This document shows, in pieces, positions 42,757 to 51,752 of a stretch of 64,000 nucleotides of DNA; position 1 is the first letter of the stretch; the number at the start of each line of letters is the position of its first letter. The translations under genes and the position numbers were made by a program. The stretch is from an uncultured Clostridia bacterium (lineage in GTDB: Bacteria > Bacillota > Clostridia > TANB77 > CAG-508). Below the pieces are notes generated by a model that saw only the letters and a program-made list of their open reading frames with translations, was not told where the DNA came from and searched no databases. The stretch spans positions 145,395 to 209,394 of the forward strand of contig CAKPSF010000002.1 in NCBI GenBank assembly GCA_934183305.1. Reading direction: 5' to 3'.

Positions 42757-43395
42757 TTAAGTTAAATCTTTTGCTATTGTTGAAATTTTTTTTAGTCTAT
42801 GGTTAACTCCTGATTTTCCTATTGGTTCTTTTAATAATTTTCCTAGTTCTACTAATGACAAGTCTGGGTTTTCAATTCTTAAATTTGCTATTTCTTGCAA
42901 GTTTTCTGGCAAAGCTGCAAACTTTCCTTTAGCTTTTATAAGTTTTATATCTTCTATTTGTTTTACTGCTGCATTTATTGTTTTGTTTAAGTTGGCTGTT
43001 TCGCAGTTTACTAATCTATTTATATCGTTTCTTTTTTCTTTTATTACTCGTACTTCTTCAAATTTTAAAACTGTATTATTGGCTCCAATTAACGCAAGAA
43101 ATTGTGATATTTCTTCTCCATCTTTTAGATATAGCATATAGTTATTTTCTTTTTTTATTATTCTTGGATGGATATAAAAGTTTTCAAGTAGTTTTTGCAT
43201 TTCTTCTGCTTTCTTTTTAGTTTTAAACATTATTTGCAAGTGGTATTTTTTATTAGGGTCATTCATAGAACCAGATTTAATAAAGGCTTCTCTTATACAC
43301 AATCTTGCAATTTGTTCATCTTGTTTCATTTGTGCATTAGTATCCCACATTTTTAATGATAATAATTCTTCTTTTAAATCACTGGCAAATGACAT
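42757..43395 (-). CDS. whiA: DNA-binding protein WhiA, short form (212 aa)
   Basis: MSFASDLKEEL..., NRLVNCETANLNKTINAA and KSGVNHRLKKI HTH. Lacks ~100 residues of the first LAGLIDADG-like lobe compared with ~315-aa WhiA. Confidence 0.8.
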   Translation of the reverse strand: MSFASDLKEELLSLKMWDTNAQMKQDEQIARLCIREAFIKSGSMNDPNKKYHLQIMFKTKKKAEEMQKLLENFYIHPRIIKKENNYMLYLKDGEEISQFLALIGANNTVLKFEEVRVIKEKRNDINRLVNCETANLNKTINAAVKQIEDIKLIKAKGKFAALPENLQEIANLRIENPDLSLVELGKLLKEPIGKSGVNHRLKKISTIAKDLT

Positions 43396-43429
43396 TTTTA
43401 TTCCTTTCTATATTGTCGCAACAACTACT

Positions 43430-44245
43430 CTATCGTTTCCGTCCCAAATCTTTTTTACAATATATATCTTTATATTTTCCTGTTTTACTTAGCAAATCAA
43501 TTACTTTTTCTTTTTGATTGTATCCAATTTCTATAGCTAGAATACCTTCTTCTTTCAGATATTTATATGCTTCATTTGCTATTATTCTATAAAAGTCTAG
43601 TCCATCAAATCCACCATCCAATGCGATTATCGGTTCACTTTGTACTTCTTTAGGTAAAATTTTTATTTCTTCAGATTCAATATATGGTGGGTTTGAAACA
43701 ATTACATCATATTTACTATATATGTTTTCAAACATATTTGAAACAATAAGCTCGCATCTTTCTTCAACTTTATTTTTTGTTATATTTCTTTTGGCAATTT
43801 CTAATGCCTTTTCAGATACATCTGACATATATATTTTAATATTTTCAGTGTTTTTGGCTAAAGCTATCCCTATTGCTCCACTTCCAGTGCATAAGTCTAA
43901 TATTTTCTCTTGTTTATTAATCTTACTAAGAACTTCTTCAACTAAAATTTCTGTATCTGGTTGAGGTATTAAAACATTTTCATCCACATAGAAACTCAAT
44001 TCCATAAATTCTTGTTTATTAGTAATGTATTGTATTGGCATTCCATTATCTAATAATTGAATAGCTGATTGAAAAAAATCAAAAATAAATGGTTTTACTT
44101 CTTCCTCGCCATTTATAATTAAATAAGTATCATCAACTTTAAGAAAATGTTTTGCAAGCATTTTTGATAATATGTATGCATCTTCTTTTTTTATTAAATT
44201 CTTTTTTCCATATTCTATCATTTCTTTTATTTTCATATTATACAT
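43430..44245 (-). CDS. prmC: peptide chain release factor N5-glutamine methyltransferase
   Basis: ILDLCTGSGAIGI SAM motif and VSNPPYI. Confidence 0.9.
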   Translation of the reverse strand: MYNMKIKEMIEYGKKNLIKKEDAYILSKMLAKHFLKVDDTYLIINGEEEVKPFIFDFFQSAIQLLDNGMPIQYITNKQEFMELSFYVDENVLIPQPDTEILVEEVLSKINKQEKILDLCTGSGAIGIALAKNTENIKIYMSDVSEKALEIAKRNITKNKVEERCELIVSNMFENIYSKYDVIVSNPPYIESEEIKILPKEVQSEPIIALDGGFDGLDFYRIIANEAYKYLKEEGILAIEIGYNQKEKVIDLLSKTGKYKDIYCKKDLGRKR

Positions 44246-44261
44246 TTTAACATTTTAAATA

Positions 44262-44302
44262 ATAAATAGCAATAGAGCACTTTAAATAAAAGTGCTCTAT
44301 TG
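44262..44302 (-). terminator. terminator after the beta-helix gene
   Basis: CAATAGAGCAC / GTGCTCTATTG 11-bp stem. Confidence 0.75.
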
Positions 44303-44310
44303 TTTTAGGA

Positions 44311-44892
44311 TTAGTAATTGATTTCCGACTGACCAACCAATATTGAATAACCATTAGTGTTAATGCCACCATAGCATTCAAATTTCTGGCCCACTATTAC
44401 CTGGCATGTGTTGGCTCTGTTGTAGCAACTCCAATTTTGTGTTACTACAACCTGGCAAGAATCAATTTCTTTCTGGGTTACAAAATTTCTTACAACAAAT
44501 ATGTCGCCTGCATTTATATACCCATATGCATTGAAATTCTCACCAACAAAAATGTTACCACTGCAGATATTCTCGTATAACACTAGGTCACCGCAGACTT
44601 CAAGGTCTCCATCAATATTTATGTTGCTTTTAGAATACAGGCTTCCATTAATAATTAATCTATTAATGTTTCGCCAAGTATTTGGCTTATAATTGCCCAA
44701 TATCCACAAGTTTCCATAAATTGAGACTTCTGTTATCGGCATATCAGTTAGTAGCACACTTCCGTCATCGATCAAACTGCCATTAATAACAATGTCGCCG
44801 TCAAAACCAGGTGAGAAAAGCTTTCTGAGTTCCTCGAAAGTTACATCTCTGTCAAAAAAGACTACGCAATCATCAATTACTTTCCGTTCCAT
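44311..44892 (-). CDS. beta-helix-repeat protein (bactofilin/polymer-forming-like?), monocistronic, high G+C
   Basis: 193 aa. Recurrent G(D/N)(I/L)xVxGxL-type repeats (INIDGDLEVCGDLVLYENICSGNIFVGENF...). AGGAGGG RBS, with its own promoter and terminator. Confidence 0.6.
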   Translation of the reverse strand: MERKVIDDCVVFFDRDVTFEELRKLFSPGFDGDIVINGSLIDDGSVLLTDMPITEVSIYGNLWILGNYKPNTWRNINRLIINGSLYSKSNINIDGDLEVCGDLVLYENICSGNIFVGENFNAYGYINAGDIFVVRNFVTQKEIDSCQVVVTQNWSCYNRANTCQVIVGQKFECYGGINTNGYSILVGQSEINY

Positions 44893-44950
44893 TTGGGAAG
44901 CCCTCCTAAAAAAATATAAAATTACAAACCGTTTTCCGGTATGCTCTTAT

Positions 44951-44979
44951 ATTATATCACATTTTTATGTATACTGCAA
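44951..44979 (-). promoter_or_regulatory. promoter (TTGCAG-17-TATAAT)
   Basis: rc of 44974-44979 is TTGCAG and rc of 44951-44956 is TATAAT. Confidence 0.6.
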
Positions 44980-45057
44980 CTAATGCATAGAAAATGCACC
45001 TTAAAACATTAGATTGTTGGTCTAACATTTCGCGGTGCACTTCATTTTTTACTATAA

Positions 45058-46746
45058 TTATCTTTTTATTTTATTTGTTGTTGTTTTATTAAATTCTGTT
45101 TTTCTTATTTCAATACTTTGAATATGTTTATATGAAGGTAATTCCCTGGTTGCCTTTGAAATATCTTTCTTTAATTGTTCTTCTATGTTTTCGCAATCCA
45201 TTTCATCAACAATTTCTTTATTTAAAAATACTTCTGCACATAAAGAAACTTCTTCTCCATTTTCATTTTTAGATGATTTTACAATTACTTCTTGAACGTA
45301 TGGAATACTTGAAATATAATTTTCTATTTCTTCTGGATATATATTTTTTCCATTACTTAATACTATTACATTTTTCTTTCTACCATTAATAACAAGTTGA
45401 CCTTTATCGTTTATTCTTCCATAATCTTCTGTATTAAACCATCCATCTACTAAAACTTTTGCTGTCTTTTCTGGTTGTTTATAATATCCCATCATAACGA
45501 TATCACCTTTAACCCAGATTTCTCCATCGCCTTCTTCATTTTTATCTCTTATATCAACTTCACAGCATGGAAGAATTACACCAACAGTTGCGGGATCATT
45601 ATTGTAATTTTTTCTATTAACACTAACAAGTGGAGAACATTCTGTTATTCCATAGCCATTTAATAGCATTATTCCTATATCATTAAAGAATTTTCCTATT
45701 TCTGGTCTTATTGGTGCTCCTCCAACTACTAATTGGTATAAGTTTCCACCAAATGCTTCATGTATTGATTTAAATAGTTGTTTTCTTTTGTCTATTCCTA
45801 ATTTTCTTAAGAAATTGCTTAATCCAATTAAGAATTTAAGTCCACCTTCTTTTCCTTCTTTACGTACTTTGTTCCATATATTTTTATAAAACACTTCTGT
45901 AAAAGCTGGAACTAAATAAATATAATCTGGTTTATATAATTGTAGGTTTTTTAAAACATTTTTTAAACTATCATTTATACATATTGTTACATGATAATGA
46001 ATACCAACTAATATTCCTGAAACTGCTTCGTATGTATGATGATAAGGAAGAACTGATAAACATTTGGTTTCAACATCTGCAACTTGAAGCCCATAATATA
46101 CACTACTTACTAGGTTATGTTCTGAAAGCATAACTCCTTTTGCAACTCCTGTTGTTCCTGATGTATATACTAACATTCTTAAATTGTTTGTTCCTTCACT
46201 TTTTAGTTCTACATATGATTTGTTTCCTGCTTCATATTCTTTTTTGCCTAATTCTTTAAATTTATTATATGATAAAACATTATCTTCATCTTCTTCTCTA
46301 TTTAAACCTATGAAGTATTTTATATTTGGCAAATCTTTTTTAAATTGTTCTATGTATTTTTCATATTTTTCACCATAGAATAATACTTCACTATCACTAT
46401 TACTTAATAAATTAACCATATCTTTATATGGAAGTTCTTTATCTATTGGAACAAAAACTCCATTTGTTTTTAATACAGTTAAATATACTGTTATCCATTT
46501 ATAACTATTATCTCCAACTATTGCAATATGATTTTTTAACATATTAATTTTTGATAATGCTGTTCCTAAATAAAATGTATCTTCTTGAAATTCTTTATAT
46601 GTAGCTTTAATTATATTATCTTTATTTTTCTCATCTCTATATTCAAATGCTATTTTATCACCTGCTTGTTCTACTGCAAGTTCCATCATTTCTCTAATAC
46701 TATCAAACTTTTGAATTTTATTGAATTCGCAAATATCTTTTTTCAT
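45058..46746 (-). CDS. AMP-dependent synthetase/ligase (long-chain fatty-acid--CoA ligase-like)
   Basis: LVYTSGTTGVAKGV AMP-binding motif. 562 aa. Confidence 0.85.
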   Translation of the reverse strand: MKKDICEFNKIQKFDSIREMMELAVEQAGDKIAFEYRDEKNKDNIIKATYKEFQEDTFYLGTALSKINMLKNHIAIVGDNSYKWITVYLTVLKTNGVFVPIDKELPYKDMVNLLSNSDSEVLFYGEKYEKYIEQFKKDLPNIKYFIGLNREEDEDNVLSYNKFKELGKKEYEAGNKSYVELKSEGTNNLRMLVYTSGTTGVAKGVMLSEHNLVSSVYYGLQVADVETKCLSVLPYHHTYEAVSGILVGIHYHVTICINDSLKNVLKNLQLYKPDYIYLVPAFTEVFYKNIWNKVRKEGKEGGLKFLIGLSNFLRKLGIDKRKQLFKSIHEAFGGNLYQLVVGGAPIRPEIGKFFNDIGIMLLNGYGITECSPLVSVNRKNYNNDPATVGVILPCCEVDIRDKNEEGDGEIWVKGDIVMMGYYKQPEKTAKVLVDGWFNTEDYGRINDKGQLVINGRKKNVIVLSNGKNIYPEEIENYISSIPYVQEVIVKSSKNENGEEVSLCAEVFLNKEIVDEMDCENIEEQLKKDISKATRELPSYKHIQSIEIRKTEFNKTTTNKIKR

Positions 46747-46768
46747 ATAACTAATCTCCTTTTTACCA

Positions 46769-46814
46769 ATCTAGTTTGCAAAACTAGATTATCATTTTTT
46801 CAATACTTTGTCAA
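46769..46814 (-). promoter_or_regulatory. promoter (TTGACA-17-TAATCT) overlapped by a perfect palindromic operator
   Basis: ATCTAGTTT-GCA-AAACTAGAT at 46769-46789 overlaps the -10 (rc of 46786-46791). The -35 is rc of 46809-46814. Confidence 0.6.
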
Positions 46815-46933
46815 TCATATTAATTAAATATTTTTAAAAATGTAAAAATATTACAGTAAGTGTTTTTCTTATGCAATAAAAAAACATTAGAAATTAATGC
46901 CCAAATAGATAAAAAGTTGTTAATTATAAAAAT

Positions 46934-46972
46934 AGAGTATCAAGATTATTTTTTTGTAATCATTGATACTCT
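46934..46972 (-). terminator. terminator after tRNA-Glu
   Basis: AGAGTATCAA / TTGATACTCT 10-bp stem, then ATTTTTAT on the minus strand. Confidence 0.7.
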
Positions 46973-46987
46973 AATTTTTTATGTTTT

Positions 46988-47062
46988 TGGTGACCCCTAC
47001 GGGAATCGAACCCATGATTCCACCTTGAGAGGGTGGCGTCTTAACCGCTTGACCAAGGGGCC
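46988..47062 (-). tRNA. tRNA-Glu (CTC)
   Basis: rc GGCCCCTTGGTCAAGCGGTTAAGACGCCACCCTCTCAAGGTGG...GGGGTCACCA. Anticodon loop CTCTCAA. TTGACA promoter at 47106-47111 (rc). Confidence 0.9.
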
Positions 47063-47157
47063 GTTATTTTTGGTACTTATATATATTAGCAATTTTTTTT
47101 AGCTTTGTCAATACTATTAACTTAAGAAAAATGACTTGTTTTTGCCCCGTCCCCAAA

Positions 47158-47544
47158 TCATTCTTTTTTTAGTTCTAAGGATTTTTTTAGTATTTCTTCT
47201 AGTCTTTCTTTTTGATTTGTTAAATATAAATACCCAATTAGTCCTTCAAATGCTGTTGCATACATATATTCTTGTATTGTTGCATTTTTAGGTAAATGAT
47301 GATTTTCTGTGTTTCTTGCTCTTCTAACAATTTCTTTTTCGTCGTCAGAAAGTTCATTTTCTAGTTTCTGTAATATATATGCTTGTGCAGAAGCTTTTAC
47401 AAGTTTTGTTGCTTCTATATGTAATTTATGTGGTTTATATTTTGTATTTGTTACCAAATATTCTCTTATATATTTTTCATAAATGCAATCTCCCATATAT
47501 GCCCATGTAAGTGGAGACATTTGATTCACATCTATTTCTTCCAT
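47158..47544 (-). CDS. mrnC: Mini-ribonuclease 3
   Basis: LTWAYMGDCIYEKYIREYL. 128 aa. Its start overlaps the rbgA stop. Confidence 0.85.
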   Translation of the reverse strand: MEEIDVNQMSPLTWAYMGDCIYEKYIREYLVTNTKYKPHKLHIEATKLVKASAQAYILQKLENELSDDEKEIVRRARNTENHHLPKNATIQEYMYATAFEGLIGYLYLTNQKERLEEILKKSLELKKE

Positions 47545-48443
47545 TATTTTTCCACCTTTTCTAATGTTATATTTCCTAGTTTTCCTGTTCTATAATCATC
47601 TAATATTATATTTGATACTTTGTCGTCATCAACATTTCCACCAGATACAATGCACCCTCTTTTTTTGCCTATTAAGCACATTATATCATAAATCTTAAAG
47701 TTTTCTGGATTGTCACTATTTAATATTTCTTGGATTACAGTTTCATCTAATTTATATCTTTCTAAAACATTAGAATTATAGTTTTCAATTAAAAATTTTA
47801 ATAATCTATATGCTATTTCAACTTTAGGTAAAATTTCATCTTTAATAGTTCCCGTAAAAGATAAATTAAGAGCTACTTTTTCATTTTCAAATTTAGGCCA
47901 TAAAACACCTGGAGTATCTAGTAGTTCAATATTATTTGATAATCTAATCCATTGTTTTTGTTTTGTAACACCTGGCTTATTTCCAACTGCCATTGTTGTT
48001 TTTTTAGAAATTCTATTTATAAATGAAGATTTTCCTACATTTGGGATTCCTAAAACTAATACTCTTATTGGTTTGCCTGTTCTTCCTTTTTGGCTGTTTT
48101 TTTCTTGTTCTTCTTGCACTAGGTTTAATATAGCTTTTTCAACTTTGTTAATTCCTTTACCTGAATTTGAGTCGCAACTAATTGCAACAGAATTTGCAGT
48201 TCTAAACTTATTTTCCCATTTTAAAGTTTCTTTTTCGTCTGCCAAATCGCATTTATTTAATATATATATTTTTTTCTTATTTTTCGTTAGTTCCCTCATA
48301 TCCGGGTTTTGGCTAGAAACTGGAATACGTGCATCTAAAACTTCAATTACCACATCAATTAATTTTAAGTCTTCAGCTATTTGTCTCTTCGTTTTTGCCA
48401 TATGGCCTGGATACCAGTTAATATTTGTTTTATTTTCATTCAT
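47544..48443 (-). CDS. rbgA: ribosome biogenesis GTPase A (YlqF)
   Basis: INWYPGHMAKTKRQI, circularly permuted GTPase motifs NKCDL ... GIPNVGKSS. AAAGGTGA RBS before the ATG at 48443. Confidence 0.9.
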   Translation of the reverse strand: MNENKTNINWYPGHMAKTKRQIAEDLKLIDVVIEVLDARIPVSSQNPDMRELTKNKKKIYILNKCDLADEKETLKWENKFRTANSVAISCDSNSGKGINKVEKAILNLVQEEQEKNSQKGRTGKPIRVLVLGIPNVGKSSFINRISKKTTMAVGNKPGVTKQKQWIRLSNNIELLDTPGVLWPKFENEKVALNLSFTGTIKDEILPKVEIAYRLLKFLIENYNSNVLERYKLDETVIQEILNSDNPENFKIYDIMCLIGKKRGCIVSGGNVDDDKVSNIILDDYRTGKLGNITLEKVEK

Positions 48444-48543
48444 ACTTTTCACCTTTTTATATTTTAACATAAACATAAATGTTTTTCAACTAATGGCTTA
48501 TATCTAAGCCATTTGCATTTTTTATTTATGTCTACTTTCAAAA

Positions 48544-48572
48544 TTGACTTTTTGCAGTAAAATTGGTATAAT
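48544..48572 (+). promoter_or_regulatory. promoter with extended -10 (TTGACT-17-TGgTATAAT)
   Basis: TTGACT at 48544-48549 and TATAAT at 48567-48572, preceded by TGG. Confidence 0.7.
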
Positions 48573-48659
48573 GTCTATATAAGCACCTTTTGCAAATCCC
48601 CCTGGTGTTTATCAATTCCAATATCCACATCAAATTAATTAATTTACAGGAGGTAACTT

Positions 48660-48896
48660 ATGCCAAACAGAAAAAATCATTATAAGGATATGGAGAAATA
48701 CAAAAAAACACGTGATTTTCAAAAATATCGTTATTACGCCAAGACAGCAATATATGAACCCAGTCGTTGGACTTATGAGCAAGACGAAATGGTTTTACAG
48801 CATACTATTACTGACACTGAATTATCAGCCAGAATAAATCATTCAGTCAAAGCCATTCAAATACGCCGGTGTAGGCTAAAAAAAGGAGAGGTTTAA
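48660..48896 (+). CDS. small SANT/Myb-like HTH protein
   Basis: 78 aa. WTYEQDEMVLQHTITDTELSARINHSVKAIQIRRCRL fits a Myb-type helix pattern. AGGAGG RBS. Confidence 0.6.
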   Translation: MPNRKNHYKDMEKYKKTRDFQKYRYYAKTAIYEPSRWTYEQDEMVLQHTITDTELSARINHSVKAIQIRRCRLKKGEV

Positions 48897-48915
48897 TAAC
48901 CTCTTTTCTTTTTGG
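48887..48915 (+). terminator. intrinsic terminator
   Basis: AGAGGTT-taat-AACCTCT followed by TTTCTTTTT. The stop codon lies in the loop. Confidence 0.8.
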
Positions 48916-48934
48916 TTGAAAATTCAAAACGCTA

Positions 48935-49537
48935 TTATAAAATTTCTTTGCAAAGAAATTCTATAACATCATCTTCATTTTCTTGAATTTTTTCGTTGTC
49001 TTCTTCTGTTATATCTGTAAAGTATTTATTCAACTTTTTATTTATAGATATTGTGTTTAATGGATAACCTGGATTAATCTTATTTGAGGGTTTATCTACT
49101 ATATAAAAATCATTCTTACTCCAGGTATAAGTTGATTCTTTGCCATTATTTATAACAGCAATACCGTAAACCCATCTACAAGTTAATCTTCCATTTTTCC
49201 CATATGTATGGGCTAAATTAGAATAGTATTCTATCATTTCATCATCGTTTAATCTTTTTCCATTAACTCTTCTTACATACATTCCTGGTTGTTTTTCTTC
49301 TGGTATTCCTTCAATATATAAATTATCATCCATAGCGAATACTGGCAAATCGCATACATCTGCATATGTTCTTGCTTTTATTAAAGCATTTTCTATTGCG
49401 TTTTTTCCGTTCTCTATAATTTCTACTTTTGCATCTATATTATTTAATGTGATTATTTCAATATCATTTTCTAATAATCCACTCTTAAATCTTTTAACCT
49501 TACTTTCATTACCTGTTGCAAATAATACTTTTTTCAT
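48935..49537 (-). CDS. Ham1/RdgB-family non-canonical purine NTP pyrophosphatase-like
   Basis: FATGNESKVKRF, ENGKNAIENALIKAR and PVFAMDDNLYIEG parallel the Ham1 motifs. Confidence 0.6.
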   Translation of the reverse strand: MKKVLFATGNESKVKRFKSGLLENDIEIITLNNIDAKVEIIENGKNAIENALIKARTYADVCDLPVFAMDDNLYIEGIPEEKQPGMYVRRVNGKRLNDDEMIEYYSNLAHTYGKNGRLTCRWVYGIAVINNGKESTYTWSKNDFYIVDKPSNKINPGYPLNTISINKKLNKYFTDITEEDNEKIQENEDDVIEFLCKEIL

Positions 49538-49558
49538 TTTTTCTCCTTTTATATGTTA

Positions 49559-50065
49559 CTATAAAATAAATTCATTTTTTGTCTCAATTAAATTTACTAT
49601 TTTATTAATTGATAAGTTAGTTGTATCTAATATGTTTTGTTGATTAAATTTCTTATTTTTAAAACTGTTTAACAGTGTAATACAGCGTTCTTTCATTTGG
49701 CATTCTTCGGGACGTTCTCTATCTCTTGAAAGTAATGCATTTTCATCTGCTAACAATACAATAAATTTTATTTCATATTCTTTAAACTCTTTTTGTATAA
49801 TTTCCAAACTTTCTGCATTAACTATATAATTAAATATAACATCATATCCATTTCTCAAGTATATTCTTATTGTATTTATACATACTTTCCAAAAAGTTTC
49901 TAAATGATTTCCATTTTTCCAAGCTTGAACATATCCACCAATAACTTGATGATAAATATCATCGCCTTCTATTAAAGCTGATTTACTTTTTAACTTTGCT
50001 ATTTCTTTAGAAATTGTACTTTTACCAACTCCCGCCGGTCCAGTAATTATATATAGTTTTGGCAT
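49559..50065 (-). CDS. P-loop kinase-like ATPase (AAA_33-type)
   Basis: ITGPAGVGKSTISKEIA Walker A. 168 aa. Confidence 0.6.
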   Translation of the reverse strand: MPKLYIITGPAGVGKSTISKEIAKLKSKSALIEGDDIYHQVIGGYVQAWKNGNHLETFWKVCINTIRIYLRNGYDVIFNYIVNAESLEIIQKEFKEYEIKFIVLLADENALLSRDRERPEECQMKERCITLLNSFKNKKFNQQNILDTTNLSINKIVNLIETKNEFIL

Positions 50066-50083
50066 TTTTCTACCTCTTTTATT

Positions 50084-50557
50084 TTATAATGTTCTATAAT
50101 TATTTTTATCGGCTCTATCATCGTATTTTCTATCATATGCTTCGTTTTTATAAAAGAAATCTGTTTTTTTATCAACTGGTCTTTTTTCTTGTTCTTTTGC
50201 AAATGCAATTATGAAGAATGCAAATATTGGTATAACTATACCAATTACAGAAACAAGTAATTGTATTGCTGTATTTATACTCATAACAGAATTTGATAAA
50301 TTTGTTAGTCTAGTTAATAAATCTGGTCCATAGTATGCGATTGAGCTTATTACTAATATAATTGGTCCTAGTAATTTGTTTTTACTCATTAATATAATAC
50401 TTATTATCATTATAAATAATAAGCCTATTTCAAAATTTACATTTAATGGAGTAACTGCAAATTCTATTCCCATTGTAAATGTAAAGACTACCACCAATCT
50501 AAATATAAACAACAAAACTGATAGCATTATTATTAAATAATTTGCCATTGTTCTCAT
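50084..50557 (-). CDS. polytopic membrane protein, hypothetical
   Basis: AAGAGGTGG RBS before the ATG at 50557. Four predicted TM helices. Confidence 0.65.
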   Translation of the reverse strand: MRTMANYLIIMLSVLLFIFRLVVVFTFTMGIEFAVTPLNVNFEIGLLFIMIISIILMSKNKLLGPIILVISSIAYYGPDLLTRLTNLSNSVMSINTAIQLLVSVIGIVIPIFAFFIIAFAKEQEKRPVDKKTDFFYKNEAYDRKYDDRADKNNYRTL

Positions 50558-50599
50558 TTGTACCACCTCTTGTTCTAATTTTAACATTTTATATTTTTA

Positions 50600-50633
50600 A
50601 AAGCAAGAAAAAAGACCATTTTATTGGTCTTTT
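50600..50633 (-). terminator. terminator after divIVA
   Basis: AAAAGACCA-ataaaa-TGGTCTTTT followed by TTCTTGCTTTT. Confidence 0.8.
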
Positions 50634-50636
50634 AAA

Positions 50637-51086
50637 TTAATCTCTATTCATTTCTTTTAATATTTCTAATTGTGATATTAAAAGTGATTCCATTTTTGCT
50701 TTATATACGTCAAATTGTTTTTGAACATCATCAAGTTCTTTTTGTTTAATAGCAATTTGATTTGTAAGGCTATCAACCTCTTTTTGAGCATTAGCCTTTG
50801 CTTCATTAACTATTTGTTCTGCTTGTTCTCTAGCAACATTTTTTACCTCTTCTGCTGTTGTTTGTGCCATAACTAATGTGCTTTGAAGTGTAGTTTCTAT
50901 CGCTTTATAATGTTCCATATCTTCTTTTAGTTTTTCTACTTGTGATTTATATTCTGAGTTTTCTTTAAATAATTTTTCATATTCAACAGTTAAATCATCT
51001 AAAAAATCATCGACTTCATCAACACTATATCCATTTACCATTTGTTTAGCAAATTTTTTATTTTCAATATCAAGAGGTGTAATCAT
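50637..51086 (-). CDS. divIVA: DivIVA-domain cell-division protein
   Basis: ITPLDIENKKFAKQMVNGYSVDEVDDFLDDL followed by coiled coil. Confidence 0.9.
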   Translation of the reverse strand: MITPLDIENKKFAKQMVNGYSVDEVDDFLDDLTVEYEKLFKENSEYKSQVEKLKEDMEHYKAIETTLQSTLVMAQTTAEEVKNVAREQAEQIVNEAKANAQKEVDSLTNQIAIKQKELDDVQKQFDVYKAKMESLLISQLEILKEMNRD

Positions 51087-51163
51087 AACAACTCATTCCT
51101 TTCTTATTTGAAAAAATTAGGACAGACAGCTTCTTTGTCCGCCCTATATATTATATCTAATTA

Positions 51164-51625
51164 TTATCCATTTTTCAACCATGAAACTGAAAGTTTATTT
51201 TTAATTTCATCTCTAGCCATTTCTGTTGAGATTTCATAGTATGTAGGTGCTATTAAGAATATTGAATTAGATATTTTCTGAATGTGTCCATCAAGTGCAT
51301 GAACTGCTCCACTCATAACATCTACTATTCTTCTAGCAACATCTTTATTAACATATTCCAAATTAACAATTACAGATTTTCTATTTTTTAAGTATGTGCA
51401 TATTTCCTCAGCTTGTTCAAATGTTGTTGGTTGAGAAATAACCATTCTAACTTGTTGAGTATTTGGCATATTTACTACTTTTCTTCTATTAAAAAATCCT
51501 CTCTCTTCTGGTTCACCAGCTTCTTCATCCATAACTTCTTCATCTATATATTCTTCTTCGTTATTATCATCGTTTTCTGGTATACCAAACATTTCCATAA
51601 ACTTATTTACAATAGCTCCTGCCAT
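51164..51625 (-). CDS. sepF: cell division protein SepF
   Basis: C-terminal VVISQPTTFEQAEEICTYLKNRKSVIVNLEYV...IFLIAP. Confidence 0.9.
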   Translation of the reverse strand: MAGAIVNKFMEMFGIPENDDNNEEEYIDEEVMDEEAGEPEERGFFNRRKVVNMPNTQQVRMVISQPTTFEQAEEICTYLKNRKSVIVNLEYVNKDVARRIVDVMSGAVHALDGHIQKISNSIFLIAPTYYEISTEMARDEIKNKLSVSWLKNG

Positions 51626-51752
51626 TTACAAAACCTCCTAAAAAATCATTAGTAATTTAATTCATTTATAGTATCTTACTTTTCCAATTCAATGTCAAGC
51701 TTTTTTAAATAACGTAATTAATTTTTAATATTGTTGTAACATTGTCGTAACA

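Noticed and set aside
48491-48513. Hairpin AATGGCTTA-tatc-TAAGCCATT between divergent rbgA and the Myb-like gene.
   Set aside because: No gene ends here on either strand, and the T-run is weak. It could be a regulatory hairpin, but there is no supporting context.
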